Source: Lingula anatina
Taxonomy: Eukaryota > Animalia > Brachiopoda
NCBI GenBank assembly: GCA_051362555.1
Contig: CM120640.1
Coordinates: 30,833,967 to 30,897,966 of the forward strand
DNA: 64,000 nt
Reading direction: 5' to 3'
Under the pieces are notes generated by a model that was not told where the DNA came from, searched no databases, and worked only from the letters and a program-made list of their open reading frames with translations. Shown here in pieces: positions 51,101 to 64,000 of this stretch (positions within the stretch are counted from its first letter, which is position 1; each line of letters begins with the position of its first letter). A program made the translations under genes and the position numbers.

Positions 51101-54100
51101 TTTTCAGCTTTTTCATGGTGAGGGTACTCTGAAACAAGAACAATATAACTGAAAGGACTGAAAATTACATTTGAAAAGAATGACAAATTCAGTGACTCAA
51201 TTAAAATAGTTAAACGTTAATAATTTTGTCTGATCTAGTCCAATATTTCTGAAATTTGTACAAATAATGCTTAACAAAAATAAAAATCTGTGATAAGCTG
51301 ACCAGTTGTTTGTATTCAATGAAAAGTTTTTTTTAGGACAAGATATTTGCGAAAACCAAAAATTACATTGAAAAGACTGGCAAATCCCAAGCCTTAAAAT
51401 AGTTAAACGTTAATAATTTCGTCAAATTTTGTCCTATATTTCTGAAATTTGTACAAATGATGCTTAACAACAATAGAAATATGTGATAAGCTGATCAGTT
51501 GTCTGTATTGAATAAAAAGTGTTTTTTAGGACAATATATTTGCGAAAGCCAAAAATTACATTGAAAAGACTGGGAATTCGCAGGACTTGAAATAGTTAAA
51601 CGTTAATAATTTTGTCTAAACTAGTCCAATATTTCTGAAATTTGTACAAATGATGCTTAACAACAATAAAAATCTGTGATAAGCTGATCAGTTGTCTGTG
51701 TCTAATGAAAAGTGTTTTTGGGACAACATAGTTGGGAAAACTGAAAATTACATTGAAAAGACTGGCAAAACCCAGACCTTAAAATAGTTAAACATTAATA
51801 ATTTTGTCAAATCTGGTCCAATATTTCTGAAATTTGTACAAATGATGCTTAACAACAATAAAAATCTGTGATAAGCTGATCAGTTGTCTGTGTCTAATGA
51901 AAAGTGTTTTTTGGGACAACATAGTTGGGAAAACTGAAAATTACATTGAAAAGACTGGCAAAACCCAGACCTTAAAATAGTTAAACATTAATAATTTTGT
52001 CAAATCTGGTCCAATATTTATGAAATTTGTACAAATGATGCTTAACAACAATAGAAATCTGTGATAAGCTGATCAGTTATCTGAGTCTTTTTTTTTTTAA
52101 GTGTCAAGTGTATGGGAAATTGATTATCAGAAGAGTGAGAATTAACCAAAACAAATATTTCAATATTGCAATGTATTATTTACTCTGAAAGTAAACAGCA
52201 AATGTGATGATTTGAGGTTGTTTGTGTAAGAGGTTGCAAATTTCCTATAACTGTCAGCTGGAAAACAATATATACCCATACAAGAGTTCTCCTTACTACC
52301 TCTGCAAGATGCAGATTAGCCCTTTCCGGAAGGGGTTGTTGTTATCACAATACTCAACAAGGCCCTAAATCTTGCCAAATATCATGTATTGTACACATGG
52401 AGAAGACACAGTGCTGCTCTTGGTGGTATCTTTCACTGCCTGATTTTTCAGCTTTTTCATGGTGAGGGTACTCTGAAACAAGAACAATATAACTGAAAGG
52501 ACTGAAAATTACATTTGAAAAGAATGACAAATTCGGTGACTTAATTAAAATAGTTAAATGTTAATAATTTCGTCAAATTTTGTCCTATATTTCTGAAATT
52601 TGTACAAATGATGCTTAACAACAATAGAAATATGTGATAAGCTGATCAGTTGTCTGTATTGAATGAAAAGTGTTTTTTAGGACAATATATTTGCGAAAAC
52701 CAAAAATTACATTGAAAAGACTGGGAATTCGCAGGACTTGAAATAGTTAAACGTTAATAATTTTGTCTAAACTAGTCCAATATTTCTGAAATTTGTACAA
52801 ATGATGCTTAACAACAATAAAAATCTGTGATAAGCTGATCAGTTGTCTGTGTCTAATGAAAAGTGTTTTTTGGGACAACATAGTTGGGAAAACTGAAAAT
52901 TACATTGAAAAGACTGGCAAAACCCAGACCTTAAAATAGTTAAACGTTAATAATTTTGTCAAATCTGGTCCAATATTTATGAAATTTGTACAAATGATGC
53001 TTAACAACAATAGAAATCTGTGATAAGCTGATCAGTTATCTGAGTCTTTTTTTTAAGTGTCAAGTGTATGGGAAATTGATTATCAGAAGAGTGAGAATTA
53101 ACCAAAACAAATATTTCAATATTGCAATGTATTATTTACTCTGAAAGTAAACAGCAAATGTGATGATTTGAGGTTGTTTGTGTAAGAGGTTGCAAATTTC
53201 CTATAACTGTCAGCTGGAAAACAATATATACCCATACAAGAGTTCTCCTTACTACCTCTGCAAGATGCAGATTAGCCCTTTCCGGAAGGGGTTGTTGTTA
53301 TCACAATACTCAACAAGGCCCTAAATTTTGCCAAATATCATGTATTGTACACATGGAGAAGACACAGTGCTGCTCTTGGTGGTATCTTTCACTGCCTGCT
53401 TTTTCAGCTTTTTCATGGTGAGGGTACTCTGAAACAAGAACAATATAACTGAAAGGACTGAAAATTACATTTGAAAAGAATGACAAATTCAGTGACTCAA
53501 TTAAAATAGTTAAACGTTAATAATTTTGTCTGATCTAGTCCAATATTTCTGAAATTTGTACAAATAATGCTTAACAAAAATAAAAATCTGTGATAAGCTG
53601 ACCAGTTGTTTGTATTCAATGAAAAGTTTTTTTTAGGACAAGATATTTGCGAAAACCAAAAATTACATTGAAAAGACTGGCAAATCCCAAGCCTTAAAAT
53701 AGTTAAACGTTAATAATTTCGTCAAATTTTGTCCTATATTTCTGAAATTTGTACAAATGATGCTTAACAACAATAGAAATATGTGATAAGCTGATCAGTT
53801 GTCTGTATTGAATGAAAAGTGTTTTTTAGGACAATATATTTGCGAAAGCCAAAAATTACATTGAAAAGACTGGGAATTCGCAGGACTTGAAATAGTTAAA
53901 CGTTAATAATTTTGTCTAAACTAGTCCAATATTTCTGAAATTTGTACAAATGATGCTTAACAACAATAAAAATCTGTGATAAGCTGATCAGTTGCCTGTG
54001 TCTAATGAAAAGTGTTTTTTGGGACAACATAGTTGGGAAAACTGAAAATTACATTGAAAAGACTGGCAAAACCCAGACCTTAAAATAGTTAAACATTAAT

Positions 54101-57100
54101 AATTTTGTCAAATCTGGTCCAATATTTATGAAATTTGTACAAATGATGCTTAACAACAATAAAAATCTGTGATAAGCTGATCAGTTGTCTGTGTCTAATG
54201 AAAAGTGTTTTTTGGGACAACATAGTTGGGAAAACTGAAAATTACATTGAAAAGACTGGCAAAACCCAGACCTTAAAATAGTTAAACGTTAATAATTTTG
54301 TCAAATCTGGTCCAATATTTATGAAATTTGTACAAATGATGCTTAACAACAATAGAAATCTGTGATAAGCTGATCAGTTATCTGAGTCTTTTTTTTAAGT
54401 GTCAAGTGTATGGGAAATTGATTATCAGAAGAGTGAGAATTAACCAAAACAAATATTTCAATATTGCAATGTATTATTTACTCTGAAAGTAAACAGCAAA
54501 TGTGATGATTTGAGGTTGTTTGTGTAAGAGGTTGCAAATTTCCTATAACTGTCAGCTGGAAAACAATATATACCCATACAAGAGTTCTCCTTACTACCTC
54601 TGCAAGATGCAGATTAGCCCTTTCCGGAAGGGGTTGTTGTTATCACAATACTCAACAAGGCCCTAAATTTTGCCAAATATCATGTATTGTACACATGGAG
54701 AAGACACAGTGCTGCTCTTGGTGGTATCTTTCACTGCCTGCTTTTTCAGCTTTTTCATGGTGAGGGTACTCTGAAACAAGAACAATATAACTGAAAGGAC
54801 TGAAAATTACATTTGAAAAGAATGACAAATTCAGTGACTCAATTAAAATAGTTAAACGTTAATAATTTTGTCTGATCTAGTCCAATATTTCTGAAATTTG
54901 TACAAATAATGCTTAACAAAAATAAAAATCTGTGATAAGCTGACCAGTTGTTTGTATTCAATGAAAAGTTTTTTTTAGGACAAGATATTTGCGAAAACCA
55001 AAAATTACATTGAAAAGACTGGCAAATCCCAAGCCTTAAAATAGTTAAACGTTAATAATTTCGTCAAATTTTGTCCTATATTTCTGAAATTTGTACAAAT
55101 GATGCTTAACAACAATAGAAATATGTGATAAGCTGATCAGTTGTCTGTATTGAATGAAAAGTGTTTTTTAGGACAATATATTTGCGAAAGCCAAAAATTA
55201 CATTGAAAAGACTGGGAATTCGCAGGACTTGAAATAGTTAAACGTTAATAATTTTGTCTAAACTAGTCCAATATTTCTGAAATTTGTACAAATGATGCTT
55301 AACAACAATAAAAATCTGTGATAAGCTGATCAGTTGTCTGTATTGAATGAAAAGTGTTTTTTAGGACAATATATTTGCGAAAGCCAAAAATTACATTGAA
55401 AAGACTGGGAATTCGCAGGACTTGAAATAGTTAAACGTTAATAATTTTGTCTAAACTAGTCCAATATTTCTGAAATTTGTACAAATGATGCTTAACAACA
55501 ATAAAAATCTGTGATAAGCTGATCAGTTGCCTGTGTCTAATGAAAAGTGTTTTTTGGGACAACATAGTTGGGAAAACTGAAAATTACATTGAAAAGACTG
55601 GCAAAACCCAGACCTTAAAATAGTTAAACGTTAATAATTTTGTCAAATCTGGTCCAATATTTATGAAATTTGTACAAATGATGCTTAACAACAATAGAAA
55701 TCTGTGATAAGCTGATCAGTTATCTGAGTCTTTTTTTTAAGTGTCAAGTGTATGGGAAATTGATTATCAGAAGAGTGAGAATTAACCAAAACAAATATTT
55801 CAATATTGCAATGTATTATTTACTCTGAAAGTAAACAGCAAATGTGATGATTTGAGGTTGTTTGTGTAAGAGGTTGCAAATTTCCTATAACTGTCAGCTG
55901 GAAAACAATATATACCCATACAAGAGTTCTCCTTACTACCTCTGCAAGATGCAGATTAGCCCTTTCCGGAAGGGGTTGTTGTTATCACAATACTCAACAA
56001 GGCCCTAAATTTTGCCAAATATCATGTATTGTACACATGGAGAAGACACAGTGCTGCTCTTGGTGGTATCTTTCACTGCCTGCTTTTTCAGCTTTTTCAT
56101 GGTGAGGGTACTCTGAAACAAGAACAATATAACTGAAAGGACTGAAAATTACATTTGAAAAGAATGACAAATTCAGTGACTCAATTAAAATAGTTAAACG
56201 TTAATAATTTTGTCTGATCTAGTCCAATATTTCTGAAATTTGTACAAATAATGCTTAACAAAAATAAAAATCTGTGATAAGCTGACCAGTTGTTTGTATT
56301 CAATGAAAAGTTTTTTTTAGGACAAGATATTTGCGAAAACCAAAAATTACATTGAAAAGACTGGCAAATCCCAAGCCTTAAAATAGTTAAACGTTAATAA
56401 TTTCGTCAAATTTTGTCCTATATTTCTGAAATTTGTACAAATGATGCTTAACAACAATAGAAATATGTGATAAGCTGATCAGTTGTCTGTATTGAATAAA
56501 AAGTGTTTTTTAGGACAATATATTTGCGAAAGCCAAAAATTACATTGAAAAGACTGGGAATTCGCAGGACTTGAAATAGTTAAACGTTAATAATTTTGTC
56601 TAAACTAGTCCAATATTTCTGAAATTTGTACAAATGATGCTTAACAACAATAAAAATCTGTGATAAGCTGATCAGTTGTCTGTGTCTAATGAAAAGTGTT
56701 TTTTGGGACAACATAGTTGGGAAAACTGAAAATTACATTGAAAAGACTGGCAAAACCCAGACCTTAAAATAGTTAAACATTAATAATTTTGTCAAATCTG
56801 GTCCAATATTTCTGAAATTTGTACAAATGATGCTTAACAACAATAAAAATCTGTGATAAGCTGATCAGTTGTCTGTGTCTAATGAAAAGTGTTTTTTGGG
56901 ACAACATAGTTGGGAAAACTGAAAATTACATTGAAAAGACTGGCAAAACCCAGACCTTAAAATAGTTAAACATTAATAATTTTGTCAAATCTGGTCCAAT
57001 ATTTCTGAAATTTGTACAAATGATGCTTAACAACAATAAAAATCTGTGATAAGCTGATCAGTTGTCTGTGTCTAATGAAAAGTGTTTTTTGGGACAACAT

Positions 57101-57256
57101 AGTTGGGAAAACTGAAAATTACATTGAAAAGACTGGCAAAACCCAGACCTTAAAATAGTTAAACGTTAATAATTTTGTCAAATCTGGTCCAATATTTATG
57201 AAATTTGTACAAATGATGCTTAACAACAATAGAAATCTGTGATAAGCTGATCAGTT
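42111..57256. repeat. ~4984-bp higher-order repeat, about 3 copies
   Basis: The block-spacing pattern 958/959,1342,1342,1341 repeats three times; the last has one extra monomer (1535). Diagnostic variants recur at +4984: GAATAAAAAG (~46526/51510/56494) and CCTGATTTTTC (~47455/52439). Confidence 0.9.
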
Positions 57257-60200
57257 ATCTGAGTCTTTTTTTTTTTAAGTGTCAAGTGTATGGGAAATTG
57301 ATTATCAGAAGAGTGAGAATTAACCAAAACAAATATTTCAATATTGCAATGTATTATTTACTCTGAAAGTAAACAGCAAATGTGATGATTTGAGGTTGTT
57401 TGTGTAAGAGGTTGCAAATTTCCTATAACTGTCAGCTGGAAAACAATATATACCCATACAAGAGTTCTCCTTACTACCTCTGCAAGATGCAGATTAGCCC
57501 TTTCCGGAAGGGGTTGTTGTTATCACAATACTCAACAAGGCCCTAAATTTTGCCAAATATCATGTATTGTACACATGGAGAAGACACAGTGCTGCTCTTG
57601 GTGGTATCTTTCACTGCCTGCTTTTTCAGCTTTTTCATGGTGAGGGTACTCTGAAACAAGAACAATATAACTGAAAGGACTGAAAATTACATTTGAAAAG
57701 AATGACAAATTCAGTGACTCAATTAAAATAGTTAAACGTTAATAATTTTGTCTGATCTAGTCCAATATTTCTGAAATTTGTACAAATAATGCTTAACAAA
57801 AATAAAAATCTGTGATAAGCTGACCAGTTGTTTGTATTCAATGAAAAGTTTTTTTTAGGACAAGATATTTGCGAAAACCAAAAATTACATTGAAAAGACT
57901 GGCAAATCCCAAGCCTTAAAATAGTTAAACGTTAATAATTTCGTCAAATTTTGTCCTATATTTCTGAAATTTGTACAAATGATGCTTAACAACAATAGAA
58001 ATATGTGATAAGCTGATCAGTTGTCTGTATTGAATAAAAAGTGTTTTTTAGGACAATATATTTGCGAAAGCCAAAAATTACATTGAAAAGACTGGGAATT
58101 CGCAGGACTTGAAATAGTTAAACGTTAATAATTTTGTCTAAACTAGTCCAATATTTCTGAAATTTGTACAAATGATGCTTAACAACAATAAAAATCTGTG
58201 ATAAGCTGATCACTTGCCTGTGTCTAATGAAAAGTGTTTTTTGGGACAACATAGTTGGGAAAACTGAAAATTACATTGAAAAGACTGGCAAAACCCAGAC
58301 CTTAAAATAGTTAAACATTAATAATTTTGTCAAATCTGGTCCAATATTTATGAAATTTGTACAAATGATGCTTAACAACAATAGAAATCTGTGATAAGCT
58401 GATCAGTTATCTGAGTCTTTTTTTTTTTTAAGTGTCAAGTGTATGGGAAATTGATTATCAGAAGAGTGAGAATTAACCAAAACAAATATTACAATATTGC
58501 AATGTATTATTTACTCTGAAAGTAAACAGCAAATGTGATGATTTGAGGTTGTTTGTGTAAGAGGTTGCAAATTTCCTATAACTGTCATCTGGAAAACAAT
58601 ATATACCCATTCAAGAGTTCTCCTTACTACCTCTGCAAGATGCAGATTACTCCTTTCTGGAAGGGGTTGTTGTTATCACAATACTCAACAAGGCCCTAAA
58701 TCTTGCCAAATATCATGTATTGTACACATGGAGAAGACACATTGCTGCTCTTGGTGGTATCTTTCACTGCCTGCTTTTTCAGCTTTTTCATGGTGAGGGT
58801 TCCCTAAACGAAGAACAATATAACTGAAAGGACTGAAAATTACATTTGAAAAGAATGACAAATTCAGTGACTTAATTAAAATAGTTAAACGTTAATAATT
58901 TTGTCTAATCTAGTCCAATATTTCTGAAATTTGTACAAATGATGCTTAACTACAATAAAAATCTGTGATAAGCTGATCAGTTGTCTGTGTGTAATGAAAA
59001 GTGATTTTTGGGACAACTTATTTGGGAAAACTGAAAATTACATTGAAAAGACTGGCAAATCCCAGGCCTTAAAATAGTTAAACGATAATAATTTTGTCAA
59101 ATCTTGTCCAATATTTCTGAAATTTGTACAAATGATGCTTAACAACAATAAAAATCTGTGATAAGCTGATCAGTTGTCTGTATTGAATGAAAAGTGTTTT
59201 TTAGGACAATATATTTGCGAAAACCAAAAATTGCATTGAAAAGACTGGGAAAATCCCAGGCCTTAAAATAGTTAAATGTTAATAATTTCGTCAAATTTTT
59301 TCCTATATTTCTGAAATTTGTACAAATGATGCTAAACAACAATAGAAATCTGTGATAAGCTGATCAGTTGTCTGTATTAAATGAAAAGTGTTTTTTGGGA
59401 CAACATATTTGGGAAAACTGAAAATTACGCAGAAAATACTGGGAAAATCCCAGGCCTTAAAATATTTAAACGTTAATAATTTTGTCTAATCTAGTCCAAT
59501 ATTTCTGAAATTTGTACAAATGATGCTTAACAACAATAAAAATCTGTGATAAGCTGATCAGTTGTCTGTGTCTAATGAAAAGTGTTTTTTGGGACAACAT
59601 AGTTGGGAAAACTGAAAATTACATTGAAAAGCCTGGCATATCCCAGGCCTTAAAATAGTTAAACGTTAATAATTTTGTCAAATCTTGTCGTATATTTCTG
59701 AAATTTGTACAAATGATGCTTAACAATAATAAAAATCTGTGATAAGCTGATCAGTTATCTGAGTCTTTTTTTTTTAAGTGTCAAGTGTATGGGAAATTGA
59801 TCACCAGAAGAGTGAGAATTAACCAAAACAAATATTTCAATATTGCAATGTATTATTTACTCTGAAAGTAAACAGCAAATGTGATGATTTGAGGTTGTTT
59901 GTGTAAGAGGTTGCAAATTTCCTATAACTGTCAGCTGGAAAACAATATATACCCATACAAGAGTTCTCCTTACTACCTCTGCAAGATGCAGATTAGCCCT
60001 TTCCGGAAGGGGTTGTTGTTATCACAATACTCAACAAGGCCCTAAATTTTGCCAAATATCATGTATTGTACACATGGAGAAGACACAGTGCTGCTCTTGG
60101 TGGTATCTTTCACTGCCTGCTTTTTCAGCTTTTTCATGGTGAGGGTACTCTGAAACAAGAACAATATAACTGAAAGGACTGAAAATTACATTTGAAAAGA

Positions 60201-63200
60201 ATGACAAATTCAGTGACTCAATTAAAATAGTTAAACGTTAATAATTTTGTCTGATCTAGTCCAATATTTCTGAAATTTGTACAAATAATGCTTAACAAAA
60301 ATAAAAATCTGTGATAAGCTGACCAGTTGTTTGTATTCAATGAAAAGTTTTTTTTAGGACAAGATATTTGCGAAAACCAAAAATTACATTGAAAAGACTG
60401 GCAAATCCCAAGCCTTAAAATAGTTAAACGTTAATAATTTCGTCAAATTTTGTCCTATATTTCTGAAATTTGTACAAATGATGCTTAACAACAATAGAAA
60501 TATGTGATAAGCTGATCAGTTGTCTGTATTGAATAAAAAGTGTTTTTTAGGACAATATATTTGCGAAAGCCAAAAATTACATTGAAAAGACTGGGAATTC
60601 GCAGGACTTGAAATAGTTAAACGTTAATAATTTTGTCTAAACTAGTCCAATATTTCTGAAATTTGTACAAATGATGCTTAACAACAATAAAAATCTGTGA
60701 TAAGCTGATCAGTTGTCTGTGTCTAATGAAAAGTGTTTTTTGGGACAACATAGTTGGGAAAACTGAAAATTACATTGAAAAGACTGGCAAAACCCAGACC
60801 TTAAAATAGTTAAACATTAATAATTTTGTCAAATCTGGTCCAATATTTATGAAATTTGTACAAATGATGCTTAACAACAATAGAAATCTGTGATAAGCTG
60901 ATCAGTTATCTGAGTCTTTTTTTTTTTAAGTGTCAAGTGTATGGGAAATTGATTATCAGAAGAGTGAGAATTAACCAAAACAAATATTACAATATTGCAA
61001 TGTATTATTTACTCTGAAAGTAAACAGCAAATGTGATGATTTGAGGTTGTTTGTGTAAGAGGTTGCAAATTTCCTATAACTGTCATCTGGAAAACAATAT
61101 ATACCCATTCAAGAGTTCTCCTTACTACCTCTGCAAGATGCAGATTACTCCTTTCTGGAAGGGGTTGTTGTTATCACAATACTCAACAAGGCCCTAAATC
61201 TTGCCAAATATCATGTATTGTACACATGGAGAAGACACATTGCTGCTCTTGGTGGTATCTTTCACTGCCTGCTTTTTCAGCTTTTTCATGGTGAGGGTTC
61301 CCTAAACGAAGAACAATATAACTGAAAGGACTGAAAATTACATTTGAAAAGAATGACAAATTCAGTGACTTAATTAAAATAGTTAAACGTTAATAATTTT
61401 GTCTAATCTAGTCCAATATTTCTGAAATTTGTACAAATGATGCTTAACAACAATAAAAATCTGTGATAAGCTGATCAGTTGTCTGTGTCTGATGAAAAGT
61501 GTTTTTTGGGACAACATAGTTGGGAAAACTGAAAATTACATTGAAAAGCCTGGCATATCCCAGGCCTTAAAATAGTTAAACGTTAATAATTTTGTCAAAT
61601 CTTGTCGTATATTTCTGAAATTTGTACAAATGATGCTTAACAATAATAAAAATCTGTGATAAGCTGATCAGTTATCTGAGTCTTTTTTTTTTAAGTGTCA
61701 AGTGTATGGGAAATTGATCACCAGAAGAGTGAGAATTAACCAAAACAAATATTTCAATATTGCAATGTATTATTTACTCTGAAAGTAAACAGCAAATGTG
61801 ATGATTTGAGGTTGTTTGTGTAAGAGGTTGCAAATTTCCTATAACTGTCAGCTGGAAAACAATATATACCCATACAAGAGTTCTCCTTACTACCTCTGCA
61901 AGATGCAGATTAGCCCTTTCCGGAAGGGGTTGTTGTTATCACAATACTCAACAAGGCCCTAAATTTTGCCAAATATCATGTATTGTACACATGGAGAAGA
62001 CACAGTGCTGCTCTTGGTGGTATCTTTCACTGCCTGCTTTTTCAGCTTTTTCATGGTGAGGGTACTCTGAAACAAGAACAATATAACTGAAAGGACTGAA
62101 AATTACATTTGAAAAGAATGACAAATTCAGTGACTCAATTAAAATAGTTAAACGTTAATAATTTTGTCTGATCTAGTCCAATATTTCTGAAATTTGTACA
62201 AATAATGCTTAACAAAAATAAAAATCTGTGATAAGCTGACCAGTTGTTTGTATTCAATGAAAAGTTTTTTTTAGGACAAGATATTTGCGAAAACCAAAAA
62301 TTACATTGAAAAGACTGGCAAATCCCAAGCCTTAAAATAGTTAAACGTTAATAATTTCGTCAAATTTTGTCCTATATTTCTGAAATTTGTACAAATGATG
62401 CTTAACAACAATAGAAATATGTGATAAGCTGATCAGTTGTCTGTATTGAATAAAAAGTGTTTTTTAGGACAATATATTTGCGAAAGCCAAAAATTACATT
62501 GAAAAGACTGGGAATTCGCAGGACTTGAAATAGTTAAACGTTAATAATTTTGTCTAAACTAGTCCAATATTTCTGAAATTTGTACAAATGATGCTTAACA
62601 ACAATAAAAATCTGTGATAAGCTGATCAGTTGTCTGTGTCTAATGAAAAGTGTTTTTTGGGACAACATAGTTGGGAAAACTGAAAATTACATTGAAAAGA
62701 CTGGCAAAACCCAGACCTTAAAATAGTTAAACATTAATAATTTTGTCAAATCTGGTCCAATATTTATGAAATTTGTACAAATGATGCTTAACAACAATAG
62801 AAATCTGTGATAAGCTGATCAGTTATCTGAGTCTTTTTTTTTTTAAGTGTCAAGTGTATGGGAAATTGATTATCAGAAGAGTGAGAATTAACCAAAACAA
62901 ATATTACAATATTGCAATGTATTATTTACTCTGAAAGTAAACAGCAAATGTGATGATTTGAGGTTGTTTGTGTAAGAGGTTGCAAATTTCCTATAACTGT
63001 CATCTGGAAAACAATATATACCCATTCAAGAGTTCTCCTTACTACCTCTGCAAGATGCAGATTACTCCTTTCTGGAAGGGGTTGTTGTTATCACAATACT
63101 CAACAAGGCCCTAAATCTTGCCAAATATCATGTATTGTACACATGGAGAAGACACATTGCTGCTCTTGGTGGTATCTTTCACTGCCTGCTTTTTCAGCTT

Positions 63201-64000
63201 TTTCATGGTGAGGGTTCCCTAAACGAAGAACAATATAACTGAAAGGACTGAAAATTACATTTGAAAAGAATGACAAATTCAGTGACTTAATTAAAATAGT
63301 TAAACGTTAATAATTTTGTCTAATCTAGTCCAATATTTCTGAAATTTGTACAAATGATGCTTAACTACAATAAAAATCTGTGATAAGCTGATCAGTTGTC
63401 TGTGTGTAATGAAAAGTAATTTTTGGGACAACTTATTTGGGAAAACTGAAAATTACATTGAAAAGACTGGCAAATCCCAGGCCTTAAAATAGTTAAACGA
63501 TAATAATTTTGTCAAATCTTGTCCTATATTTCTGAAATTTGTACAAATGATGCTCAACAACAATAAAAATCTGTGATAAGCTGATCAGTTGTCTGTATTG
63601 AATGAAAAGTGTTTTTTAGGACAATATATTTGCGAAAACCAAAAATTGCATTGAAAAGACTGGGAAAATCCCAGGCCTTAAAATAGTTAAATGTTAATAA
63701 TTTCGTCAAATTTTTTCCTATATTTCTGAAATTTGTACAAATGATGCTAAACAACAATAGAAATCTGTGATAAGCTGATCAGTTGTCTGTATTAAATGAA
63801 AAGTGTTTTTTGGGACAACATATTTGGGAAAACTGAAAATTACGCTGAAAATACTGGGAATTTGCAGGACTTGAAATATTTAAACGTTAATAATTTTGTC
63901 TAATCTAGTCCAATATTTCTGAAATTTGTACAAATGATGCTTAACAACAATAAAAATCTGTGATAAGCTGATCAGTTGTCTGTGTCTAATGAAAAGTGTT

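Larger units (their letters stand above)
10545..64000. repeat. Composite satellite DNA array: ~214 x 193-bp monomers interspersed with 32 copies of a ~380-bp block; continues past the window end
   Basis: The core AGCTGATCAG recurs at 10801, 10994, 11186, 11379, 11572 (period 192-193). Approximate monomer: TGATAAGCTGATCAGTTGTCTGTGTCTAATGAAAAGTGTTTTTTGGGACAACATATTTGGGAAAACTGAAAATTACATTGAAAAGACTGGCAAATCCCAGGCCTTAAAATAGTTAAACGTTAATAATTTTGTCAAATCTTGTCCTATATTTCTGAAATTTGTACAAATGATGCTTAACAACAATAAAAATCTG. All copies are head-to-tail in one orientation. Confidence 0.98.

Noticed and set aside
10545-64000. CRISPR-like repeat/spacer array
   Set aside because: Repeats are 193 bp, the interspersed blocks are near-identical rather than unique, there are no cas genes, and the context is eukaryotic.

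Overview
AT-rich eukaryotic DNA; the repeat style suggests an invertebrate, probably a bivalve mollusc (inference). I find no intact protein-coding gene. The first ~10.5 kb is transposon and repeat debris: a PIF/Harbinger-type MITE (8-972, TTA TSD), a ~295-bp fold-back element (2008-2302), nested degenerate tandem repeats (2.9-7.0 kb), and a disabled, intron-split Gypsy-integrase-like (Ginger1/GIN-type) transposase on the minus strand (7.77-10.14 kb) that the ORF track largely misses. From 10545 to the window end lies one composite satellite array of ~214 monomers of 193 bp. It is interrupted 32 times, always at the same monomer position, by a ~380-bp non-satellite block that looks exon-like on the minus strand. 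Successive blocks are spaced ~572 + n x 193 bp apart (n = 0-24). The array shows higher-order duplications (3076 bp, ~4984 bp), two block haplotypes plus recombinants, and a gradient of block density away from its edge. Counts and periods were measured by eye from the coordinates and may be off by a few bases.
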